A stretch of 61,955 nucleotides of DNA, filler included, from Collodictyon triciliatum (Eukaryota), in NCBI GenBank assembly GCA_043381765.1. It is 4 parts of 4 records of this genome, joined end to end, with 100 filler letters (N's around TTAATTAATTAA, not from the genome) between each part and the next. Parts side by side here need not be neighbours in the genome. Positions count along the whole stretch, not along the records: positions 16,437 to 38,547 come from JBHJMP010000430.1; 3 more parts are not named here. One strand, 5' to 3'. The notes beneath the pieces were generated by a model. The model was given only the letters and a program-made list of their open reading frames with translations, was not told where the DNA came from and ran no database searches. The translations under genes were made by a program, and so were the position numbers. Positions 24,584 through 36,200 of the stretch are shown here, piece after piece (the first letter of the stretch is position 1; each line of letters opens with the position of its first letter).

Positions 24584-27500
24584 ATGAGACGCGTCTCTCT
24601 GTTCGCGGCCGTCTTTGCGACGTGCTTTCTTGCAGCGTTGCTTTGTGCAGGACATCCTCTGCCCACGCGCCCGTATTCGACCGCTTCTGCGCCGACTGTT
24701 CTTGTGCGGATTCCTTCTGTTCTGGATGAGTCCCGCTCGTCGCTCTTTGACTGGCTTCGCTCACAAGACGCCGTTGTCGACCGCGTTTTCAAGGACCACG
24801 TCCGCGTCTATCTGACTCAGTCCCAGATCGATCAGCTTTCTGCTGCACTCGGCCTTGTGGCTCAGCCTGTACCGCTCCAGGATTTGTGGCCTGGAATGTT
24901 GGAGCAGAAACAAACAAAAAGGTTTGCCTTTCGTACTTTATGTACATATATCTCTATTTATTTATTGCAACTGTTGAGTCTATTTTATGTGCTCTCTTTT
25001 CTTTAAATTATTTTACATTAACTTAACTATTTCCTGTTTCCTATATCTACCTTAAAATCATTGTGGCTGGAACTAACCTGCACGTATGTCCATCTGCAGG
25101 GAGAAGAGGGATGGCGATGACTTCCCTCCCGAGCACGAATACCACGACTACGAGGCACTTACTGAATTTCTCCATGAAGTGTCCAAAAAGTGCGTTGCAT
25201 CTAATCATTAAACCGGCGCATGCCTTTTGCTGATAGGATTTCTACTGGCATTCGATGTGCCGCCTCTCCTTCCCACCATCTTGCTCTTACTCTTTTATAG
25301 AAAATCCGTCCGGAGCAATACGCTGCAGTAAAATAATTTGTAGAATATATGATCTAATGTATATATTTCATTCAAAGGTATCCGGCTTTAACCAAGCTTT
25401 ACAGCGCCGGGCGTACCTTGGGCTCTCGTGAGCTATGGTACATCGAACTATCCAATCGCCCTGGTGTGATTGAAAACAAGCCATATTTCAAGTATATCGC
25501 AAATATGCATGGAGACGAGGTTAATGCATCCAAGCAAATTGCATATCACTATTGTTTACTTCGTTTCTACCTAATATTGAAGCAGCTTTCTTTATATGCA
25601 GTTCTCCTTTTGTTCTATCTTCTCTTCTCTTCTCTTCTCTTCTCTTCTCTTCTCTTCTCTTCTCTTCTCTTCTCTTCTCTTCTCTTCTCTTCTCTAATTA
25701 CATGGACTGAGATTTACTTATCTGTGCTCTTAGACGATTGGTCGTGAGGTCTTGGTTCAGCTCATTTACGAGCTATGCGAGGGATATACTCTAGGGAACA
25801 AACGTTACAGAGACATCCTGGATAATGCTCACATCTTTATCATGCCGTCTATGAACCCGGATGGATTCGAGGCTCGCTCTCGTTATAACATCCGAAATGT
25901 TGACCTGAATAGAAATTTCCCCGACCAATATCGTGGTGACCCGCCAGCATTCGAACTCGAAGTAAAGAAGGAAGATAACAAAAAGACTATACCACAATAT
26001 TCTTTTTTCTACTCAGATTAGTCTTGATATCCCAAGTGTCCCTTTGATGAACCGCTTTCATGAATAACTATGCACCTATCAATCATATACCATCCTCCAT
26101 TAGTAACTTGTAATCATTTATATGTTTGGCTACATATAATGTTCCACACGAGTATAGTTTATCTCATGTCTTTACAATTACATAAATTCACCAGACCCAA
26201 TTCGTCATGGAAATGAGTAAAAAGTACCCCTTCTCACTCTCTGCAAACATGCATGGCGGTGCCTTGGTCGTTAATTACCCATACGATAGCAATCAGGATG
26301 GCAATAATGTCTATTCGAAGAGCCCTGATGATGCCACATTTATGTATATTTACGAAGATCTATTATGCAATATAAATGTATCGCCTAAATATGCGAACAA
26401 AATTATGTTGATAAAAGTATACTTCTCAAGTTATATGACTATGCAGTTGGCTATCGAAGTCATACGCTGAAGCGCACACAACGATGTCACAAAGTGAGGA
26501 ATTCCCTGGAGGTATTGTCAACGGTGCTGATTGGTATGTTATCGTATCCTTTTCACCCCAATTCTACCGTCACTAGCACAACCTCAAAGTAAGGAAAATG
26601 CCTAAATGGTACTACCTTGTTATATATACAGAATTTATTCAGGCTTTATTATTATTATTATTGTTGTTGTTGTTGTTATTGTTGTTAGTGTTAATGTTAG
26701 TGTTAGTGCTGATATAATGTGTTTGTGGAGGTTATTTTTCTGTGGTCCATGTTGACATATTATAAAGTGCCTATCATAAGTCGGAGTGTTTTCCATAACG
26801 AAAACAAAGTATGGAGGAATGCAGGACTGGAATTACCTAAAAGCTGTGAGTTATATTTTGTTTAAAAAAAGATATGTTGCTCGTAAAGTGCACGAGTCAT
26901 ACTATCCATAGATTGGGGTATATCTTGCTTATTAATTTTGAAAATTAGTCGACTCTCGAAATCACCCTGGAACTCTCTGAGGTCAAGTTTCCACCTGAAG
27001 ACGAACTGGAAGGGTTTTGGGATGTGAGTTGACATACTTTTATACCATATTTGTGGAAACAAAATCATCAAATCTAGTCAAGCTCGTCAATATGCTCTGA
27101 CAATCTTTGTAGGAAAACAAAGAGGCTCTCATCTCATACATAGAGAAAGTGTTCTACGGAATACAAGGGACTGTCACTGATGTAAATTGACTGATTTATA
27201 GCTACTTATGAAATTTTAAACACACTCAATACCTTATTTTGAATGCATTCAAGCCCTTTCTTCATCTTGTTATTATTCTTATTCTTATTCTTACTTCGAC
27301 TCTTTTCTCTCTCAATTTATTATTGCGGTCAGAAAAATGGAAATGGTATTGGTGGTGCGTGTGTCATAATCGATGGGATTGAGAATGTGATGGAAACCCG
27401 TGATAGTGGGTTCTATCACCGCATCCTTCGCCCAGGAGACTATACAGCCACATTCTCTGCGTACAATTGCACAACACATGTATACACACCCACAGTCATT

Positions 27501-27982
27501 TATCGTGCTCTAGATACCCTTCTGTCTGTCTTAACCTTTGCTTGATATCATATTTGTTCTGCCAATACCACAGAGGATGCCTTTCTTTCAACATGTAATT
27601 AACCAGCTTCAACCCTTGCAGGCTGTGAACTTCACCATATCCGACGCCAGTCCAACATTCAACCATAATTTCCAACTTTCTTGCGGTCCGCTCTCCACAG
27701 GACAGAATGGAGAATGTGCCATCCACGGAGTCGACCCTGTTGAGCCCACAGCCACCCCAAAGGAGCCAATCTCCTCAGCTTTGGTTGTCATCTATGTGCT
27801 CCTGGTGGGCGCGGCTCTCATGGGCAGTACGTGTTGCTTTAGACCTCTGCAACTTACTCTGTATCCTTCTTATTCACTATATTACAACCCATGCATTAGT
27901 CGGATATGCCGCTGTGCGAGCATCAAAGGGTAAAGGTGAGGCACAACCACGCCAAGTGCCGATGCACACCCTGGGGAATTAG
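24584..27982 (+). CDS. M14B zinc carboxypeptidase (CPD/SOL1-like) with signal peptide, transthyretin-like domain and C-terminal TM helix
   Basis: Signal MRRVSLFAAVFATCFLAALLCAG; KYIANMHGDE, MPSMNPDGFE, DLNRNFPD, SANMHGGALVVNYPYD, NGADWYVIYGGMQDWNY, EITLELS, GFYHRILRPG; TM ALVVIYVLLVGAALMG. Start could instead be 24566. Confidence 0.95.
26544..26809 (+). other. U12-type GT-AG intron in the carboxypeptidase
   Basis: 5' GTATCCTTTT; TTTTCCATAAC about 10 nt before terminal AAG with no polypyrimidine tract; removal gives WYVI|YGGMQDWNY. Confidence 0.85.
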
Positions 27983-28934
27983 GCTTCGCTGCTGGGACCA
28001 TAAATCGCATTGGTTTTCGATTCTCAGCCATCCAGAAAATCCAGATAAAGAAAAGGAAAAAGGAAAGGATTTTTGAAGGATATTATCTCTACTGAAAGAG
28101 AAGAAAATGTTCAAGCACTAACCGAATTCATATTGATAAGATGACTAGCATGGGCAGAAAGGTAAATAATATGAACCAGTACAAGATTCAGTGAATCTAA
28201 CTTATACCAATAACAAGGCACATTGGTGTGATAGGCTCACAAGTCAATACAGCAATATGTTCTCCGAGCGAGAGCTTTTAGAGTACTAGGATAGAGCTTG
28301 TTTGATTATATGGAGACCCAGGCTCATACCCAATAGCTTTAATATGTACATGACCGTGCATTTAAAATTTTATATCATCTGTCACCACCCACCTCACGCA
28401 AAATGAAAATAAGAACGACAAATATTACCTTATCATGCGCACCAGAGCCTAGAAAGAAAAATATTGAGCAGGATAATTCGCATCATTATCTGCATTATGC
28501 AGGGCTTTATTGGTGCGGTTGATACTAGGAATCCCATATGGCAAGCCCTATCGTATTTTATGTGCGTTTGGTATTAAGTCCTTAAATCTTATATTCAGGT
28601 CTTTCATGGGCACAATGATACCAAGTGTAAAGCTCGGTAGCGTAGTTCTATTGAATCGACTTTTTTTTTTTTTTTTTTTAATAATTCTTTCAGTTTTTGC
28701 AAGATGACGGAAGAAATATTCATTTGCCATGACTGTAAAAAATAGAATAAAAAATCGGGGAATACCAGAAGAGAAGTGATGGCAAAATATGAGCTCAGAT
28801 ACAAGAGTTAAGCCAAAGAAAACATTACGCTGGTATGTCTTTTCTTCTCCTTTATTTTAGGAGAAGAAATGGTATGGTATCACTATAAATGTGCGATGAA
28901 AAAACAACTTAAATACAAAATAGGTAGCACACAC

Positions 28935-29942
28935 CGCGCTATGATTTTCTACAACCTGGAGAAAGCATACGACTATGTGAACCACGAAGCACTGGAAACC
29001 ATCCTACACAAAAGGGGCTTCTGCACCGGATTCACCGGTCTTATCAAGAAACTGCACGACAATGCAACAGCGAGGGTACTCACGGCACACGGACTCACGG
29101 ATGCAATCCAAAGACAGAGCAGGGTGTATCAAGGCTGCCCACTTGCACCACTGCTCTTCAACTTTGTTGCTGACTGTATTGCAAACCACTTCCGAAACGA
29201 AAACAAGGTGCGCAGCCAACTGCTACTTCAATATGCAGACGACACAGCATTCATCTTACGGTCTCCCGAAGGCGCCAAACTCGCCAACAAATGCATGCAA
29301 GAATACACACGAGCTATCGGTGGAAGATTCAACTACGACAAGACAGATGGAATTCATTTTGGGTTTCAGGATGGACTTACATTTCCAGGAAACATTGTGT
29401 GGAAGCCACCGTCACATCCACTCAAGTATCTTGGCATCATCTTCGGTCCACAATCGGATAGCAAATGGACAAGCCTAGTTGAGGACATCAAGCCGAAAAT
29501 ATCAGGGTGGAGCAACTTTCATCTCTCGGACGTGGGGAAGTAAGGTTGTGGAACCAAGTGATGCTGTCGACCCTTATCTACAACATAAAAGGCACTTTAT
29601 TAAACTTCAAGAGGCTGGAGGGACTGAAAGCCTCGAGGAATAAAGTCTCTTGAACAGCCTGTTGAAACACACCCACTTTCTTCGCTACTCTGACCCCAAA
29701 CGAAGAGAGATGTGGGAATGTGTCGTAAGATATCTCACACAGCATATCCAATCCGTGCTACCTACACAACCAATCAACCAGTTGGGTCGCCCACCTGACC
29801 AACTCACTATCACTGATTTCTTTCCGGTGGTAACTTCTTAGTAGCGTCATCTACTCGCGTTCGCTCTCAACCATACCCACCTACCCTGCCCATGGTATGG
29901 CTTAGCCCTGTTGCATTTTGAATTAAATAAAGAGAAAAAAAA
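28935..29942 (+). mobile_element. 5'-truncated, decayed non-LTR retrotransposon (L1/Tx1-like RT and 3' tail)
   Basis: NLEKAYDYVNH, QGCPLAPLLF, QYADD, LKYLGI, W..L...I...W...HLS..GK. A frameshift at ~29541 continues as RLWNQVMLSTLIY. Ends TTTTGAATTAAATAAAGAG-A8. Confidence 0.88.
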
Positions 29943-30070
29943 TTAATGGCCTCTTATTGTGATATATCCCTATGCTTACATCTGCCCCTACCATGCGCAC
30001 TCCACCCACCTCTTGCGGGGAGAAATTACCATATGATTAACCTTTGTAAAAAAATATAAAACCATTTCTT

Positions 30071-30108
30071 CACTTGAATCGAATGAAGGAAAAACAAAAA
30101 AAAAAAAA
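30071..30108 (+). mobile_element. Diverged copy of the same 3'-tail motif with a longer A tail; TSD not found
   Basis: CACTTGAATCGAATGAAGGAAAAAC-A13. Confidence 0.55.
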
Positions 30109-30244
30109 TCACACGATGGCAAAGTCTCATCTAAGGTTGTACTCTTCATATGCAGGGTTTTTTTTTAAAAAAATAAATATACAACGAGAGATAATTGTGC
30201 TACCAGTTTTTAATTGATAGAGAAATTACTCAATCCATACTTTA

Positions 30245-33200
30245 TTAAATCGTGTATTCTGATGAAGAATGGAAAGTGGAAACATTCTGCATTTCTTGAG
30301 TGTCCATTTGCTTTCTATTATTAACCATCCTTAGGATGGCCTGCGTAAGTATATTATCAGTAGCACAACTCCAAAAGAATGTTAAAATGAGGCTAAATTT
30401 TCTCAATATGATCTTAATCACAACAGGACCCGCTTTCGAAAGAAAGATGGTACATATTGCTGTATTCAAAAACACTACCAGGCCCATTAAAAGAAACTTC
30501 GTATTTTGATTGATATCTCCGTAGCAAAATAGTAGACTCAACATCAAAGTAAAATAGAGGACCATAAGCGATTGTATTTGCGATTTTTTTAAAACATTAG
30601 ACATGAAAGGCTTAAAATATATTGTCGAGGCTATCATAAAGAATAACAACCATAATCCAAAATATACTTGCAATGCAGTAGAGAAGAATATACTGAGTAC
30701 GACAATGATCAACTTTTGTAGCATCATGATAACTTCCCAGAAGTGACATTTTTCTGTATAGCCGTCAACAAGGAATCTCATAAGAGAATAGGCGTTAGAA
30801 CTATGATCCCTGAGAGAACTTGAATTTTCAACCATCTTGTAAAGTAATATGAGAGGACCTCCCAAACAATATATAGAAAAAAATGCAAGTGTAATATTTT
30901 TATAAATCAGATAATTTTCGTCATCGCACATTATTGACATGTCTGCCTTTAGGTAGCTCGTATTTCCGAGTGTTTGACACGGGAAAATTTCAGCGACACT
31001 GGACGTAATTGATGGATGTACAAAAAAAAGCATAACCATAGCGGAGTATCGAAATTCATACCAAAAAAATGTATACGTAAGTTCTTCTTTTGATAGCTCT
31101 TTTTTAAATATAAGCCAAGTTTTCTTAATAATGATCATTAAAACAATCAAGAGCATCAAAATAATTGGAATGAACATCGTAAGGAAAACCTTTTCATATA
31201 TTGTAAATTTGAATTGACATTCCAAAGGATAATTATCCATCGATATTGAAAAAGAAAAGATAGCTGGTATTTTCATAACAGAAATGATTTCAGAACTCCA
31301 GTTAACATCGAAATTTGCCAAATATGTAAGAACTTGAAAGTGTGTAGAAAGTGATTTCAGAATTTGTATATTTCCAGTCTTTGGCTGCTTTGATTGCTCA
31401 ATCATAAAAGAAACAAACGAAATAGGAAGTATAATACTAATTATGATAAGGAATAAGTTGACAGGTTGCGAAGCACATTGTAAACATAATAGCCCAATTT
31501 TTCCGTATCCGCTCTCACATACACTGCATAAAGCACCGTTATAACCTATAGCACATGTGTTATTACCTCCGATGCACGCTTCTGAATTCCTGCATTTATA
31601 AGCAATATAATTGTTGCTATTACTTGGAGCTCTCCAATATCCTGGAGCAACTTCTAACACACTGCTTCCATCGCATATGAAACCAATTGGACATGCCTTA
31701 CATTCATAACTATGGGTATCTATGTAAGTTGATGATAAACAGGTGCATAAATCAATGGAAATAGTTCCTGTTGAATTCGTGTAAGAATTAGGCGGGCAAT
31801 CTTTGCATAAAGTTTGTCCATATTTATCATTGTAAGTATTTGGAATGCATTTATAGCAATGTCCTTCATTCTCATACCACCCAGGTTTGCATTTGCATTC
31901 TCCATATTGAAAAGAAAATCCAGGCTTGCAAATGCAATCATCTGCATTTATCGAGCCATTATACATGGTTGTAAATTTATTAGGACAATTTGTGCATAAA
32001 TTAATGCCATTATTTGATTTGTAAGAACCTATCTTACAAGAGACACATCTATTTCCATCCTCGAATTTACCAGGAGGGCAAGTGCAAATGTCTCCATGAC
32101 TTATGTAAGTTTGGATACAAAGGCATTCAGATATATTTGTGGACCCGATTTTTAATGTTGTTGATCTTGTGGGACATAAATTGCATAATTCACTTCCACT
32201 TGAACTATAACTCCCATTAGGACACTCAAGACAAAAGGATAATCCATAAGATCCAATTTTGTTGTTGTATGTACCAGAAGGGCATGACAAACACGATGGG
32301 TTTCCTTTTTTATCGTTGTAAGTGCCTTTTGGACATTCAATACAAGAAGAATTACCATATGTACCTGAAATAGAGTTAAATGTTCCTATCGGACATGGAA
32401 GACATGAATTAGGGTCTTTGATAGCATCTTCCTTCTGATAATATCCAGGAGAGCATAGAATACACGAAGAGCTCCTTTCTGAACTATAGGCGCCATCAAT
32501 ACAAGACAAACAAGAGATAGATCCAAAAGAACCAAATTTATCACTGAAAGTACCAGAAGGGCACGATTCACACGTTGCTTTACCTTTTTTATCGTTGTAA
32601 GTGCCTTTTGGACATACAATACAAGAAGAGTTACCATATGTACCTGAAATAGAGTTAAATGTTCCTATCGGACATGGAAGACATGAATTAGGGTCTTTGA
32701 TAGCATCTTCCTCCTGATAATATCCAGGGGAGCATAGAATACACGAAGAGCTCTTTTCTGAACTAAAGGTACCATTATTGCATATCTTACATGATATTTT
32801 GCTGTAAGATCCAATAATGTTGTTAAAGGTACCGACCGGGCACGAAATACACGACTTATTTTCGTGATCTGTGTATGAACCCAGAGGACAATATATGCAA
32901 TCTTTTTTATTTTTTGCTCCATAGTTGGGATTATATGTGCCTTTATCACAATTAAAACAATTTTTTTGTCCTCTTTCTTCGGCGTATGTACCAGGAAAGC
33001 ACATAGAGCATATTACTGACCCATTTTTAGATGAAAAACTCCCTACATCACAAGGTAAACAGTCGTCAGCACTTCGTGAAGCAGAATTGATATTATATTT
33101 CCCTGGTGGACATTCATTGCAAAAACTCGATCCCGTATAATTTGAATATGTTCCTGGAGAGCAAGGATAACAGTAGGTTTTTCCTTTATCTGCGTTAAAA

Positions 33201-36200
33201 AATCCCTTTTCACACGAGATACATACAGATTGACCAGGTGAGGGATTATAAGTTCCAGTATCGCAAGCTTTACAGTTATCAACACTAGTTGATCCAATTA
33301 CGGGATTGTATGTTCCAGTTGGGCACAAATCGCAGGAATATTTTCCTTTGTAGGGATTGTACTCACCAAGGTTGCACAAAACACAATGATTCTGCCCAGT
33401 AGACGGATTGAATGTTCCGGGTGGACATTCTATACATGAAGAATTTCCTAAGTAGGGGTTATAGGATCCTTTCTCACATAATTTACAGTCATCAATACTT
33501 ATCGATCCGACATTAGGATTATATGTTCCCATTGAACAAGGATTGCAATACTTTTGTCCAGTATAAGGATTGTATGTTCCGACATTGCATGGCGTACAGT
33601 CTGTTAGATTTTTTGATCCTGTTCTCTGATTGTAAGTGCCCACAGGACATTTTTGGCACAAAGGTTGTCCAGCATTAGGATTATAGGTGCCTGGTTCACA
33701 AATGGTACAAGAATGGCCACCTGTTGAAGGATTATAAAATCCTAAATCGCATGGAATGCAAGACGATTGAGCAGTGTAGGGGTTATAAGTTCCAGGTTTG
33801 CATGGAATGCAATCGTTGGAACTCCTCGATCCATTTATTGGGTTATATGTTCCAATCGAACATGAAAGGCAATTTATTTGTCCTTGTGATGGGTTATACA
33901 TCCCTTGATTGCATGGTATGCACGAAGATTGACCAATATTTGGATTAATGGTCCCTTCTGGGCATGCATTACATGAAGATTGCCCGGGTGATGGATTATA
34001 TGTTCCAGGTAAACATGGGATGCATGAAATCGAGGAACTTGACCCAATTGATGGATTATATGTACCGCTCGCACATGGAGTACATGATGCTTGTCCAATC
34101 GATGGATTATATGTTCCTGATATACATGGGATACATGAAACAGAGGAAATTGACCCAATTGATGGATTATATGTGCCGCTCGCACATGGAGTACATGATG
34201 CTTGTCCAATAGATGGATTGTATGTTCCTGATATACATGGGATACATGAACTTGATGAATTTGAACCTATTGATGGATTATAAGTACCGCTAGCACAAGG
34301 ATAGCATGATGACTGACCTATTGAAGGATTATAATTCCCAGCGGTGCACGGAAAGCATGAACTTAAACTTATTGAGCCAGAGGAAGGATTATATGTACCT
34401 ATTGCACATGGAATGCATGAAGACTGACCTATTGAAGGATTATAATTCCCAGCGGTACATGGAAAGCATGAACTTAAACTCGTCGAACCATTGTAAGGAT
34501 TATAGGTACCAGCTGCACATAAACTGCAATAACTCTGACCTGCTAAAGGATTGTATGTACCAGATGGACATGAAAGGCATGATATGGGACTTATTGAACC
34601 AGTTGATGGATTATAAGTGCCAACAGAACATGATGTGCATGATGATTGTCCAATTAATGGATTGTAAGTCCCAGCGGTACATGGGATACACGAACTTAAA
34701 CTCGTTGAGCCTGTCGATGGATTAAATGTACCAGCATTACATAAAAGACATGATTTCTGACCATTAAAAGGGTTAAAAGATCCAGATGTGCAAGAAAGAC
34801 ACGAGCTTGCACTAACAGAAGCAAAAGAGGGATTAAAGGTTCCAGTAGTACAATTCGTGCAAATTGACTGCCCTATATTAGGATTATAGGTTCCAGGTGG
34901 ACATAAAAAACATGAAGTTACATTTGTTGATCCACTTGAAGGATTATATGTGCCAACAGAACATGGAACACAAGATGATTGCCCAATTAATGCATTGTAA
35001 GTACCAGCTGGACATGTCAAACATGATTTTGCACTAACTGACCCTATGTGCGGATTATATGTTCCAAAAGCGCAAGGTATACATGATGAACGCCCAGGAA
35101 AGTGATTATAAGATCCAGATTCACATGAAAAACATGAATTTATTGCGCTTGATCCCATTAATGGGTTGTAAGAACCAGCCGCACATAAAGTGCATGATGA
35201 TTGTCCCATAAAAGGATTATAGCTTCCAGTTGGACATAAAATGCATGAGCTAGAATTTGTTGCTCCTATAAACGCATTATACGTACCAGCAGAACATGGA
35301 ACACAAGATTGTTGTCCAGTAAGAGGGTTATAAGTTCCAACTGCACACAAAATGCAAGAACTTGAGCTTGTTGAACCATGTGAAGGGTTATATGTGCCGA
35401 CGTTACAGCCGGAACAACTTTTTTGACCAGTGAAAGGGTTGAAGGTGCCTGGGGGGCAAGAATCGCATGAAGATCGCCCCTGGGACGGATTAAACATTCC
35501 TGCTGGGCATAATAAACACATTATCTGCCCACTTAATGGATTATAAGTTCCTTCTGGACATGAGGAACAATAAAGACTACCATGGGAACTGTAACTTCCA
35601 CTAGGACATACGGAGCAAGACTTTGAATTTGAGTCATAAAAGTATCCTCCTGAACAAACTCCCCAAATTCTCACGGTATTATCGTCGCTGCCCGTGATTA
35701 ACTTTGAACCATCATGGGAAAATACAACACTATTTAGATCATCCAAGTGACCAATCAAAGTTTGAATTTGACCTCCACTAGGAAGATTCCAAATTTTTAC
35801 TGTGTTATCATCACTCCCGGATATCATTTTTGTGTTGTCTGGTGATATTGATAGACCTTTCACATCACTAGAATGGCCCACAAGGGTTGCGATTAAATTA
35901 GCGGTGAACGTGTCCCAAATTTTTATTGTTTTATCATTACTACCTGATGCAATAATCAATCCATTAGGTGATATTGCAATGACATTGACATCATCTGTAT
36001 GACTTGTTAAGGTATTAACCAAAGATTTAGTTGATATTCTCCAAATTTTTATAGTAAAGTCATCACCTCCTGATATAACTAGTGATCCATCAGGCGAAAA
36101 AATTACACTTTTGACATCATCATTATGTCCACTAAATGTGTAAATTAAGGATCCGGTTGAGAGACTAAATATTTTAACAGTATTATCGTCGCTTCCTGAT

